64,000 nt of DNA from the human T2T-CHM13v2.0 reference genome, Homo sapiens. A model generated the notes under the pieces. It was not told where the DNA came from, searched no databases, and saw only the letters and a list, made by a program, of their open reading frames with translations. The stretch lies in NCBI RefSeq assembly GCF_009914755.1, contig NC_060926.1, one strand, 5' to 3'. Both the position numbers and the translations under genes were made by a program. The number at the start of each line of letters is the position of its first letter. Within the stretch, counting starts at the first letter, position 1. Below are positions 31,975 through 50,400 of the stretch, in pieces.

Positions 31975-32177
31975 CAATGGTTCTGAGCCCTGCAAGCACG
32001 TTAGGATCAACTCAGGAGCTTTAGAGATACACTGATGGCCCGGCTCTGAGGCCTCATTCCCAGAGGAACTGCATCAAGAGACATAGGGTGGGACCCATGA
32101 ATTTACTTTTAATACTTTTAACTAATCCTGATTAATTCTGAAGCAGATGATCTGGGCACCACACTTGGAGAAACTAG
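31975..32177. mobile_element. MER5-family hAT-Charlie MITE
   Basis: Degenerate TIRs CAATGGTTCTGA and TTGGAGAAACTAG, with internal AGGATCAACTCAGGAGCTTT and GGGTGGGACCCATGAAT. Confidence 0.65.
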
Positions 32178-33671
32178 CTAGTATCAATATGATAGTAGCC
32201 ATCTGGTGACTTCTTTGTTACATGGATGACAGGGGCCATCAGAGAGAGGTGTTTCTCAATCCTTGGAAACTTATTTATTCACAGTTTCTCAAACACCTCA
32301 TGTTTGAGGCACTGCACTGGGGGCTGCAAGGGATATGATAGGTGAATCAAACATGAACGTGATACTGACTAAGAATAGGGCTGAATGTAAAACTATAATT
32401 CATACCGTATATAAAGGTTTACTTCTGAAGTTGGTGTATGTGGTAAAAATCATAACTAGTCAAAATTACCTTTGGAAAATGGCAGAGGAGGGTAGTATTT
32501 TGGAGAGCAATATGCTGCCTTCCAAACACCCAGCACTGGCTGTTTTCCTCTAACTTTGGGACTGAATCCTGACTCTGTTTGAGTCTCAAATGTGGCTGGC
32601 TTACATTTAGGGGTAATGCCTGAAGAAGGTATGTCTTTAAATACTGGAATCATATTTGGTTCCCAGGACATGGCAGATTCATGGCTCCCAACTCAAGTTC
32701 ACTGAGGCATGCGATCTGTGAGTGGGACAGAGTTGAGGGTGGTTTGGGGGTAGGTCAGGGGGAGTCACCTGCACTATTTAAATAGGGTTCCCTTCTTGCT
32801 CATGCTGTCACTCTCTTCGTTGTTTATCTAAGTTTTCTCAAGGTAAATGGATTTCTAATAATACAAGACTCTCTTCTAATAATACAAGATGATAAGATTT
32901 GAAGACAGACACAGGCAGCCCCAATTGTTTAAAATAATTCTAAAAATTATCAAGGAGAGAACATTTACCAGATTTTAATAATTTATATTTTTTGAAGAAT
33001 AACGTAAAATCTACGATTAAGATTGTTCTGGGAGACTGAAGAAGCAAAAAGATATGGCAAAAGATTTATAAAATATAAATAAAAAGTAAGACATTAATCT
33101 ACAGATGAAAGATTAATGCATTTCTCTTTGAGGGCTCTGAAATGAAAACCAAAAATAGAACAGTCATGTTTCACCACAGCGTTATGAACACACTGCAGAG
33201 TCACATCCTTGAGACCATCCAGTCACATGCAGGCAGGGAATTTGCTGGGCAGAGCACGTTCAAGTCCCCATGACAACCAAGACATGGAAGCCACAGGCGG
33301 GGCCTCTAAACATGAAAAGTGTCATTGTTGTTTTGTATTCCTTGTACTTTCTGGAGCCCTTAAACACAGATACAAACAACATCCATCCAAACAGACCAGT
33401 CCTCCTAGGAACATTTGGCAAAGCTCAGTAGGTCTTTCTTGGATACTGACTTCATAGATGGTAACACTGACTCACCATGGCCTATGTGCTTGTGTGCTTC
33501 CACCTGAGACTAGGAGCTTTCAAAAAAACAAATAAACAAACAGAAACAAAGAAAAACAAAACAAAAACAGAGTCTTGACTTCAAGAGAAGGGAAGAGACT
33601 TATTTTCCTACTTTCCTTGTTGGCTTACTTTGGGGCTTCAATCACTTTATGTTAACTTTTGGTGACTCATA

Positions 33672-34920
<1,249 letters not shown>

Positions 34921-35224
34921 TCACATTCATTCTATCCAGGAGGAAAAAGTTTGGTAAGGAAATTAATTTGTCTTTTCTCTTGCCTAAGTGCTTTTGCTAC
35001 TCAACTTCTCCTCTGCTCTGTGGCAGTGTTTATCTTGACCTTTGCGGAGCTTCATAGCATTTGGACATGGTTTCTTTTTGTTTTGAGGACACAGGGCAAG
35101 ATATCTGGAGATGCCTAAGCAGTGTTAGTCATGCACTGACAGTTTAGGGTTCTGGTCAGTTTAGGGTTCTGTGTGGCACCATGCTAGCACTGAGTGTCAG
35201 GTCCTGAGTGCTAGAGCGCTAGGG

Positions 35225-35283
35225 ATACGTGTGTGTGTGTGTGTGTGTGCACGCGCGCGTGTGCGCATGTGTCCGTGTGTGTA
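35225..35283. repeat. (TG)n/(CG)n alternating purine-pyrimidine microsatellite
   Basis: ATACGTGTGT...GTGCACGCGCGCGTGTGCGCATGTGT. Confidence 0.95.
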
Positions 35284-35664
35284 GGCGGAGAGTATACTGG
35301 ATCCTTTCAGGGACACAGATTCAGACCAGGATAAATTCAAAAATTCTATTCTGAAGCTCAGTCACTACCGAAGATCTGACCCAAGGGTAGTCTATCTCGA
35401 ATGCAGGTTACAAATCTGAAACTGTCCTAAAAGGCCTCCTTATATCTCATTAGCTGAATTTCCATCACGTTTTCCCTTTCTTGCTCCTTGTACTAAGACA
35501 GCTTTTGTCCAGGGTTAATGCCCCGGAAAGAAAAAAGAACTAGAGCAACTGGTGGATCTTTCTGAATCCAGTTCAACGACCACTGCTCCCCCAAGTCCTT
35601 TCATAAGCCCCTGAAGAAATGGGACTTCAACAAGCTGAATCTGGATCACGGACTAGTAACCAGG

Positions 35665-35825
35665 CATGGGCAAAGGAGTAAGGAGCCTTGGATTTCATCA
35701 TTTTTTCTGCCATTTATTAGCTGTATGACCTTGACTTACCTACTTGGGACTTCAGATTTCTTATCTGTGAAATTAGGGGATTTGTATAAGATTGTCAAGG
35801 TCACACACCTATTCTAAAATTATGT
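35665..35825 (+). mobile_element. MIR3/MIR relic
   Basis: TCTGCCATTTATTAGCTGTATGACCTTG...TTCAGATTTCTTATCTGTGAAATTAGGGGA. Confidence 0.65.
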
Positions 35826-36024
35826 GGTTTTATTTTATAGAAAAACTGGGCAAAATATTTTCTAGGTTTTGCATATAATGATGAACTATGACAAGGATTT
35901 TGGGACTGTCTGGGGAGTACACAGCAGGTTGAACAGAGACTTCCAATGCTTATATAGTATACTGGCTCTGGCTAAGTGATATTTTGTTTATTGACTCATT
36001 AAGAACAAAGAAATTCTACTTGAA

Positions 36025-36290
36025 AATCATTTATTCACCACCTTCCACGTGCTAGGCTATTATTATGTGAGATGCTAAGGCTTCAGTGATGAGGAAGCCA
36101 GAGTAACTGCTCTCAGGAAGCTCAGGTAAGCATGCAAACTATTAATTTTAGTTGAATGTGGTAAGTAGTATTACTGACAGTTTTTCAAAGTGTGGGGGGA
36201 AGGTGCAAAGAACAAAGGGGTTCCTGGTGAAGAAAAGGGGGAAGAGAGTGTCAGGGAAGGTTCCCAGCTGAGAAGATTTTTGAGGGAAGT
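36025..36290 (-). mobile_element. L2 LINE 3' relic
   Basis: CATTTATTCACCACCTTCCACGTGCTAGGC...CTGCTCTCAGGAAGCTCA...GTCAGGGAAGGTTCC. Confidence 0.6.
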
Positions 36291-36352
36291 ACTAGGAATA
36301 TTTTAATCTTGAAGCTCCCTAGCAGTACAAGAACTATTTGGGCAGTAGCTTT

Positions 36353-36643
36353 ATTTATTTATTTATTTTTTATTTTTTTATTTTTATTATACTTTATGTT
36401 TTAGGGTACATGTGCACAATGTGCAGGTTTGTTACATATGTATACAGGTGCCATGTTGGTGTGCTGGACCCATTAACTTGTCATTTAACATTAGGTATAT
36501 CTCCTAATGCTATCCCTCCCCACTCCCCCCACCCCACAACAGGCCCTGGTGTGTGATGTTCCCCTTCCTGTGTCCATGTGTTCTCATTGTTCAATTCTCG
36601 CCTGTGAGTGAGAACATGCAGTGTTTGGTATTTTTGTCCTTGC
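36353..36643 (-). mobile_element. Severely 5'-truncated L1PA3/4-like insertion (3'UTR only, ~290 bp)
   Basis: (TTTA)n tail, then TATACTTTATGTTTTAGGGTACATGTGCACAATGTGCAGG. A short repeat AGCTTT flanks it at 36347-36352 and 36644-36649. Confidence 0.92.
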
Positions 36644-38024
36644 AGCTTTTGATGACTCTACTCTTCAGCAAACCAATATGGCAACAGTGATTGGCCTTAT
36701 GTGGAGGCTGAGCCAGCAAGCATTAGATTTTGCTGAGGGCCAGCTGCTTTTGATTCATGTATTTCTCTATGACAGTGGATGGTTCAGGTTTCAAATGGTG
36801 CATATTTTCCTGTAATGGGCCCAGGGGAGGACATACTGTTGAGCAGAGCTTTAGAGGTAGATTTATGGGCACAATGTTCAAGCCTTTAGATCACTTGTCT
36901 CTTTAGAAGTGGTGGGAATGGTTAGGGGTAGAGGAAGGAAGAGGCTCTTGGTATGCAAATGACTTCATAGTCAAAGTAAGGGCTCCCATTTCTACTTAGG
37001 AATCATTTCATCCAGGGAACATAGTACTGAGTATGCATATAGTGAGTTCTCCAGAAATATTTTACACATCAATAAATAGTTTCAGAATACTTAATATTTA
37101 ATAGGTACTGTTGTAGGCATTTAATAAATATTTGTGGAATAAGTTAATTTATCATATTATCATATTGTTGGAATATTAATTCTAATGAGATTGATAATTC
37201 AGGATACTCATAAATGTAAGCCAAATGGGTAAGGGACTCTTTCCAAAATACGTCTTTTAATGGTTGGCCCCTCAGGCACCTGAAATGTTTGAATTTCCCA
37301 GTTCAGAGGCTTGAAGCTCATGAGGGCCAGACCATAAGAAGTTCCCCAAATCAAATGATTAGACCACCTGGGTCTCAGGCTGAAGTTCCTGTGCCTGAAA
37401 TGGCATGACCATGCTGTTTCTTTTGGCTGACCCTGGCACCGACCTGAACAACTGGAATATTAAAAGGAAATTTTTGTTTCTGGAAGATTTGTGACTAGAA
37501 GAGTCACTGTGGTCTACACTGGGAGAGAGCTTAGCTAAGTCCAGTGATCAACATTCCATCCATCCGTGTCACTTGAGTGAACAAGTGCATCATTGGAATG
37601 TAAATGTACATTGGGCTATTTGGGGCTGTCGACCAGTCATCTCGATAATGTTAGCTGGAATCAGATCAATGCTTAGCTGAGGTAATTGAGACAGTGAAGT
37701 TTCAAATTGGGCAGGGAGGAGAAAACAGGGAAAAGAAGAGATAAATGCATAGGTTTTTGACATTAGTTACATTTTCTAAACAAACCAAAAACAATATGCT
37801 TATTCACACTGATAGATTTCATTTCCTTTTGATCTTTGGGAGTGATATTGAAATTTGGTTCAAATTTAGCTGCTAATCCTCAAGTACCATTGGTATTCAA
37901 ATATATCATGATTTCTTTTCCAATCTCTCTTTATAAAGTCCAAAAATTATATGTTATCCCCAATTTCAACATGTTAAAACCTGCAAAGCCTGAGGCATAA
38001 AAAACAGCACTTGCAATTCCACTA

Positions 38025-38369
<345 letters not shown>

Positions 38370-39699
38370 TTATTGCAATATCAAACTTTTATTGAGATGG
38401 GAACAGAGAGATGGAAACACAGAGAGACAGACTTATTTTTCTACCTCCTTGGATGTCTACTAGGCCTATAAAAGATACTTTTCACTCCCTAACAGGGGCC
38501 AATATTGGGAGGGAAACATCTGTCCTTCTCTCCTGGCTCCAAAGCTGACTGGTGGGATTGGGAAGAGGAGAGGAGCACTGAGACCTTCCTCTGTCTTATT
38601 TTCAGAACCACCTGAGCAAGCTATGTGTATGGTCTTCTTCTCTGCAGCGTGCAGTGAACTGTCCTGGATGGGGAATGGGATGAGGTGAGGCGGGAGCCTG
38701 TGGTTGTACAATTTTACCCCTAATTGGCCAATAACCTTAATTTGTAGGAAGGGGGCATTAGTTTCAAAATGTGGTCATAGATCTAGCCCAATTTTCCAGC
38801 CAGTCTTATGAACTGATACTGTGCTTTTCACTATTTGCCTCATGTCTTCTCTTAATGAATTCCAAATTCAGAGCAGATTTAAGGTGGTGAGCAGTTGTCA
38901 CCCTAAATCTCTTTCAAGACACAGTGCTGCTGAGATTTCTCAAAGAAAGTGATTTTTTATTATTTCCTTTTATGATAGGGCTCTTTTTTTCCCCCTGCTC
39001 TTTAGCTGGGTCCCTGAGTAAAGAGCAGAAGGGGTGTGAGAAGCTCATTATCTACTTTCCTCCTGTTCCACCACATCCTCACACATGATCCATTATTGCC
39101 ACTTACATACAATCTGCCTTTCCGCCTCTATCCCCTCGCTTCCTTGATTTTGCATCACCGGGTACCCTGTGTTTATTTTTCACAGTCTTTACCCTTTTCT
39201 TAAATTCATTTCTTCCCTCTTAATCTTTACATATTTTCTGGCTTGCAAGATCTTACCTTAGCTAAGAGTGATATTTCTACCCCACCAAATGGGATCTATC
39301 AAACACTGCTTTGCAAGGTCTCCTGTATTGAATTGTCTTTTTGCATTGCAGTTGTTATTATTGTTGCATAACATCCTATTATTACATAACGAGGCCCAAA
39401 AATTCTATGGGGGAAATGTCTTAGATTTATACTTGTTTGTATGTCACAAAGAGCTTTGCAAATATTAGGTGCTTCATAAATATCAGCTCCTCATTTTACC
39501 TACTGGGCAGTCTTCGCAGTGTCATTTTAGTGTAGACATTTAAATGTGCTAGAGAAAGGTGGGAGCTCTGAAAAGTGATGACTCTATTTCAGCCAATAGT
39601 TTTAAAATGTGTAAACTCTTATTAGTTTCTGTCTCCATAAGTTGCTAATGGGGGTGACCAGAAAGGAGTAGTCTATTTTATTTTGGCTTAATAGAAACA

Positions 39700-40235
39700 A
39701 AAATGAACATTACCAAGTCTCTGCAGCACCACAGCCATCAAGCTAAGTGTGTTTTAGATATTTTCTCATTTAGTTATCAGAACTATAATATTGGTACTAT
39801 CATTACCTTTGTTTCACCAGGGAAGCAGAGGCTCCAATATATTAACAGGTTTTAGGTATCAGAGCTGTGATTTGACCTTGAGGCTTCCTAACTCCAAACT
39901 TTTAGCCACAATGACACCTTGCCATAAAGCTTTTCCATAGCTATTCTCTATGGGGCTATTCAGGCATTCAGCAGGTGTTTGTGCTCTTCAGTTGTGATGA
40001 AAACCAGAGAAAGTATGTAGGGTGCTAGTATAAAGGTTGAGAATCCACTGGACCAGGGCTTAAATCTGATTCCCCTCATACAAATTCTGTCTGATTAGGA
40101 GTAGGTTCCTTAACCCTTCTTATCCTCAGTTCCATTATCTAAAATATTAGGATCATAATTCTGTTAAATGAGATATTGCTGACAAAACACTAAGCACAGC
40201 ACCTGTACATGCTCAAGGAGTGTGAGCTGCCATTA
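39700..40235. mobile_element. Two divergent MIR relics (minus ~39700-39915, plus ~40020-40235)
   Basis: Minus copy: TTCTCATTTAGTTATCAGAAC...GGAAGCAGAGGCTC. Plus copy: CCTTAACCCTTCTTATCCTCAGTTCCATTATCTAAAAT...TTAAATGAGAT. Confidence 0.6.
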
Positions 40236-40771
40236 TTACAATTACATGCCGGCTTAACACTTCCACAGATGACATCAATGAAGGTAAATGAGGAAATTAG
40301 CCAATGGAGTCCTGTGTAAAAGGAATACTTGGAAAGACTGACAGAACTGCAGTCTCCATAGGAGGCGAGATATCTATAGCATATCAATATTTTCAAAACA
40401 CATTATTCTTTTCTTTAGATATAAACGCAATAGCATGACACCTAACAGTTAGTCCCACAAAGCTGCAAGGACAATAAAGATGTATACATATGAACATGAA
40501 AGGATTGGGAATGAAGGACTCATGAGCAGGTTATGTGAGACACTCTCCCAACCCATGCACTATTTCGGGTCATCTGTAAGGGGCTCTAGTAGAGCCCTCT
40601 GTGCTGCCTGCGGAGAACCCTGAGGCATTTGGACAGCATGCTGCCTATGGTGAAGGAGGTACAGGTCCCAAGTCAGGAGATAGAGGTTTCACTGCATTGG
40701 ACTGGGAAATTGGAAATACTTGTTTAAAATCTTTTACTGTGTTTCTTCAGGTTCTCTGCTTTTTTGTTTTT

Positions 40772-40808
<37 letters not shown>

Positions 40809-41235
40809 CAAATACATTTAGGGCTGTGATGGCTTTATATTTGAAAGGCTGGGGTATAAGAAAGAGTACTACCTTAGGGTGAGCAGACTGGCTTGGCATA
40901 CTCACTCTCACTCCTTATTAGCATAAGGACCCTGAAGAAACCCCTTACGGGGCCGAGCCACTGCCATCTGCAAAGTGGAGACCATATCCATATGTATACT
41001 TCTTCCCATTAACTTCAAGGATTGCTACGAGGGCCAAGAAGGTAAAGATGTAAAGTACTAAGCTATGCAAATATTTTCCTGAAGAGCTGTCTGTCCTACC
41101 ACTGCTCTGCGCCCTTGTCCCTCCCCAAATCCCTTTTTTTTTTTTTGCTTTCTAATGAACTCATAGAATGTACTGTCTTGCTCCACGTACTGTTTCCTCC
41201 AAACCTCCCCACCTAAATCTGTGAAAAGGAATAGG

Positions 41236-41570
<335 letters not shown>

Positions 41571-41642
41571 CTACAGCTCCCAGCATGAGCAATGCAGAAG
41601 ACAGGTGATTTCTGCATTTCCAACTGAGGTACTGGGTTCATC

Positions 41643-41957
41643 TCACTGGGGCTTGTCAGACAGTGGGTGCAGCCCACGAAGCAGGGAAGGGCATCGCCTC
41701 ACCCAGGAAGAACAAGCAGTTGGGAAATTCCCTTTCCTAGCCAAGGGCAGCCATGACAGACGGTACCTGGAAAATTGGGAAACTCCAAACCTAATACTGC
41801 GCTTTTCCAATGTTCTTAGCAAATGGCACACCAGCAGATTATATCCTGTGCCTGGCTCAGAGGGTCCCACGCCCAAGGAGCCTCGCTCACTGCTAGCACA
41901 ACAGTCTGAGATTGAACTGCAAGGTGGCAGCAAGGCTGGGGGAGGGGCGTCTGCCAT
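41643..41957 (-). CDS. ORF0: L1 antisense ORF0 homologue, open for 104 codons (translation unproven)
   Basis: The ATG at 41957 gives MADAPPPALLPPCSSISDCCASSERGSLGVGPSEPGTGYNLLV..., colinear with primate L1 ORF0 (MAGAPPPASLPPCSLISDCCASNQRDSVGVGPSEPG...). Confidence 0.55.
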   Translation of the reverse strand: MADAPPPALLPPCSSISDCCASSERGSLGVGPSEPGTGYNLLVCHLLRTLEKRSIRFGVSQFSRYRLSWLPLARKGNFPTACSSWVRRCPSLLRGLHPLSDKPQ

Positions 41958-42532
41958 TGCTGAGGCTTGAGTAGGTAAACAAAGCAGCCAGGAAGCTCGA
42001 ACTGGCTGGAGCCCACCGCAGCTCAAGGAGGCCTGCCTGCCTCTGTAGACTCCACCTCTGGCAGCAGGGCATAGCTGAACAAAAGGCAGCAGAAACTTCT
42101 GCAGACTTAAACGTCCCTGTCTGACAGCTTTGAAGAGAGTAGTGGTTATCCCAGCACAGACTTTGAGATCTGAGAATAGACCGACTGCCTCCTCAAGTGG
42201 GTCCCTGACCCCTGAGTAGCCTAACTGGGAGACATCTCCCAGTAGGAGCTGAATGACACTTCATACAGCCGGGTGCCCCTCTGAGACGAACCTTCCAGAG
42301 GAAGGATCAGGCTATAACATGTGCTGTTCTGCAATATTTGCTGATCTGCAGCCTCTGCTGGTGATACCCAGAAAAACAGGGTCTGGAGTGGACCTCCAGT
42401 AAACTGCAGCAGACCTGCATCTGAGGGTCCTGACTGTGAGAAGGAAAACTAACAAACAGAAAGGACATCCACACCAAAACCCCATCTATATGTCACCATC
42501 ATGAAAGACCAAACGTAGATAAAACCAAAAAG

Positions 42533-43559
42533 ATGGGGAGAAACCAGAGCAGAAAAGCTGAAAATTCTAAAAATCAGGGAACCTCTTCTCCTCCAAAGGA
42601 ATGCAGCTCCTCGCCAGCAATGGAACAAAGCTGAACAGATAATGACTTTGACGAGTTGAGAGAAGAAGGCTTCAAACGATTTGTAATAACAAACTTCTTC
42701 GAGCTAAAGGAGGATGTTCGAACCCATCACAAAGAAGCTAAAAACCTTGAAAAAAGATTAGATGAATGGCTAACTAGAATAAACAGTGTAGAAAAGACCT
42801 TAAATGAACTGATGGAGCTGAAAACCATGGCACGAGAACTACGTGATCCATGCACAAGCTTCAGTAGCTGATTTGATCAAGTGGAAGAAAGGGTGTCAGT
42901 GATTGAAGATCAAATGAATGAAAAGAAGCAAGAAGAGAAGTTTAGAAAGAAAAGAGTAAAAAGAAATGAACAAAGCCTCCAAGAAATATGGGACAATGTG
43001 AAAAGATCGAATCTATGTCTGATTGGTGTACCTGAAAGTGACGGGGAGAATGGAACCAAGTTGGAAAACACTCTTCAGGATATTATCCAGGAGAACTTCC
43101 CCAACCTAGCAAGGCAGGCCAACATTCAAATTCAGGAAATACAGAGAATGCCACAAAGACACTGCTTGAGAAGAGCAACTCCAAGACACATAATTGTCTG
43201 ATTAACCAAAGTTGAAATGAAGGAAAAAATGTTAAGGGCAGCCAGAGAGAAAGGTCGGGTTACCCACAAAGGGAAGCCCATCAGACTAACAGCGGATCTC
43301 TCGGCAGAAATTCTATAGGCCAGAAGAGAGTGGGGGGCAATAGTCAACATTCTTAAAGAAAAGAATTTTCAAACCAGAATTTCATATCCAGCCAAACTAA
43401 GCTTCATAAGTGAAGGAGAAATAAAGTACTTTACAGACAAACAAATGCTGAGAGATTTTTGTCACCACCAGGCATGCCTTACAAGAGTTCCTGAAGGAAG
43501 CACTAAACATGGAAAGGAAAAACCAGTATCAGCCACTGCAAAAACATGCCAACTTGTAA
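42533..43559 (+). pseudogene. L1 ORF1p, disrupted
   Basis: MGRNQSRKAENSKNQ... has an in-frame TGA near 42633. Later fragments (SLQEIWDNVKRSNLCLIGVPE) are in the ORF track. Confidence 0.9.
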
Positions 43560-43622
43560 AGACCAACGATGCTAGAAAGAAACTGCATCAACTAATGAGC
43601 AAAATAACCAGCTAACATCATA

Positions 43623-47455
<3,833 letters not shown>

Positions 47456-50400
47456 ACAATGCAAACACTTGGACACAGGGTGGGGAACATCACACGCCGG
47501 GGCCTGTTGTGAGGTGGGGGAAAGGGGTAGGGATAGCATTAGGAGATATACCTAATGTGAATGTCATGTTAATGGGTGCAGCACACCACCATGGCACATG
47601 TATACATATGTAACAAAACTGCACGTTGTGCCCATGTACCCTAGAAGTTAAAGTATTAAAAAAAAAAGAATAGGAACGTTTGAGAATTGAAAAAAAAAAT
47701 AACCAGCATATTTTTGCTGTTGGCCTTTATCTACCGAGGTTGAGCATCTTGGTCCAGCCATGGGTCAGCCACCGTTCTTTATCCACAGTTCTCTTGGAAC
47801 CTCCTGTTGTGGCTGATTGGAAATGTAGCCCCACTCGGAACACCTCTGTGATTGTTTAGGTCGTGGTTCTCCTCATGCTCCGCAATCTAAATCCAAGGGT
47901 CTTCTCAGAGTAGTTTACTGAAGTCCTATCATCAGGCAGGTAACAATGTGTTATAGATGAGGCAGCAAGGTCTGGAAAAGAGAAGTGACTAACCTGAGGC
48001 TTCTAGGTGAGGGAGTAGGAAGTAGACCTTTTCATTACTCTGTGCTGTGCTTCCACTGAAAAATGGAAGAGAGCCAGGGTCAGAAGAGGGGAGAGTTGGA
48101 GGAATAGACAAAAACATGAAAAATGGAAGTGGCTACTACTTCCTTTTCTAGCAGTAAAGACATTTATACAAACATACCTACTATTATAATATATGCATGG
48201 TATAGTAGATATACAGCTATGCAAGCCTTCCCACTCCCTAGCTGCTCACTACAAAAATTCATCAACAACTACCTAGAATCAGGAAAGTCTGAGAAAAACT
48301 CCGTATCAGATACACCTGGTCCAGTTTTAACTCTTGCTTATTTTTAAGAAATTTAAAAAATTATGGAAAAGAATAAAGATGAAACTATAATAATCTCAAT
48401 TTCCATTACTCAAAATGAACCATTATCAATATACTGGTATATTTGCTTCCAGTCTTTTTAAAAATAAAAATAGCTTATTATTATGTTTATAAAATTATAA
48501 TTTTATACATTTCAAAATAAAGTGTATTAAATTTGATTTTACTTGAACTTGTAGAAGCAAGGCTAAAGGTATTATTAAATTTCAAATTCATATTGCTTTG
48601 TATCAAAAAATATTTTTTGTAAAAGTACTTTTTAACGTTAAGAGAACATGATAAACATTGGTGTTGGAATCAAGACTTTTAAAGGGCTGTATTTTAATTT
48701 TCAACATTTTAAATTTACTTCCTGCTATGAAAGAAAAAAGGCCATGGCCTTTTTTTCCACATCTTCACATTTTCTCTATCATCACCTCCAACTTTTGTAA
48801 GTTTTATTATTTTTTTACATTGTTTGGGTTTATAATATTGAATTTTGTTCTGTAATTACTGTTTTCATATGCTAAATAGGCAATATTTAAGTGGATTGAA
48901 CCACTGGTTTTTTAAAAGACACATACCTTCTCTGTTTTAATTTTGATTAAAATGAATTGGCAAGTTTTTGTCATCTGTTTTGTTCAGACAAGCTCATGGT
49001 ATTATGTTCCTTTAGTGCTCTCCTGGTTCATAATGCCTAATGCTTTTATACTTGATTGTCATCTTGGCTATGACATTATTGGGTCATGCTATTTTCACCT
49101 CAGAACAATTGTTCCATTGTCTTATAGCATTGGCTAATTCTGTGGAGAAGTCTAGGGCAGCATGATTTTAATCCCTTTTGGGTTATTTGTTTTTTCTGTC
49201 CAAATGCCTGAAATAATTTTATCCCTGAAATTCAAGAGCTTGGCTAGGATCTGTCTTGGTACAGAGAGTCCTGTATTAAATTTTCTCATTGCACATGTTC
49301 TTTTCCACTATATATAATTAAAAAATATTTCTTTTAATTCAGCTAAATTTTCTTGTATTATATTTTTGAATATATTAACTATTATTAATATATTAGAATA
49401 TATTATCTATTAGGCTATTTCAAGTATATAAGTGTCTTGTATCTTTCATATCAATTCTCATTGATTTATCTTCTTAAATCTGCCTGTACCCTAAGTAGCT
49501 GAAACTTTTATTCTATTTGTAATTTCATTATCAGTGGTGCTTATTCGGTTCCTTGCTCTTCTAATTTATTTGCTATTTCTTTCATGATACTGCTTTGATT
49601 TTTTCAATATGTTTCCATAAATCTTCAGTTTTCTTTTTCATAACACTCTTTTTTCATCATTTTATTTTTGGCCCAATATTGAATTTGTATTCTTTTTAAG
49701 ATGTTTTGTGTCAAGAAGTCAAGAAGGACTTGTGAGAAAAGTTTTTTCAAGTTTTAAAAAAAGTTAAAAGAATCTTTCAGACAGTATGCTTCCTTCTTCA
49801 ATGATTATGAAAAAACAATCTTCCCAGTTGAATTGAAACAAAAAGCCCAGAATTATGTTGAGACACCTGCATGTTTTGATTGTGATTTCCTAGCTGACAT
49901 TTCTGACAGAAGCCAAGACAGCAAAAGGGATTTGTAGATAATCAAGCTGGACACTGGCATCTACCCAGAAAGCTGACATCATTTCATCAAGTGTTTCTTT
50001 ACTATGACTTGTAAGTTTTCTATTCCTACTCTGTTTCAATTCCTGAGCTTGTGGGCTTTCTGTGAAGTCACTGTTTCTAATTTTTGCAGGTTTAAGCCCA
50101 TGCACTTGCACAGAGAAAGATTAAGAAACCTCCCTTTAGCCCATATCTTCTATGTTAACTAGAATACAAATACATGAGAAAATTTTAAATTAAAATTTAA
50201 ATCATCACATGCTGGGAATTTTCTCTATAGATTAAAAAATTTACCGCATCCAACAATACTTCTTTTGACGTCAGAAGCTAAAAAAATAAAAAATAAAAAA
50301 TTGAACTGGTTGAGAAGATTCAGTGCAAAGGAACAACGCAGAGTCAAATCTTTCTAAGACCAACAGCAACATATTCATAAGGAAGATGCAAAGACTTAAG

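Noticed and set aside
32735-32790. Palindromic CTATTTAAATAG with nearby E-box and G-rich sequence as a promoter or MEF2 site
   Set aside because: It does not fit the 10-bp MEF2 consensus, there is no CpG island or downstream exon evidence, and it is plausible by chance.
32853-32889. 16-bp direct repeat TTCTAATAATACAAGA
   Set aside because: An ordinary short slippage duplication with only two copies and no array or spacer structure.
35140-35171. TTTAGGG twice, as a telomere-like insertion
   Set aside because: It is only a 17-bp-period local duplication (CAGTTTAGGGTTCTG), not a TTAGGG array.
50231-50281. Possible terminal coding exon IKKFTASNNTSFDVRS*
   Set aside because: No recognisable protein match and no upstream coding exon found. 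It is kept only as part of the splice-signal cluster finding.
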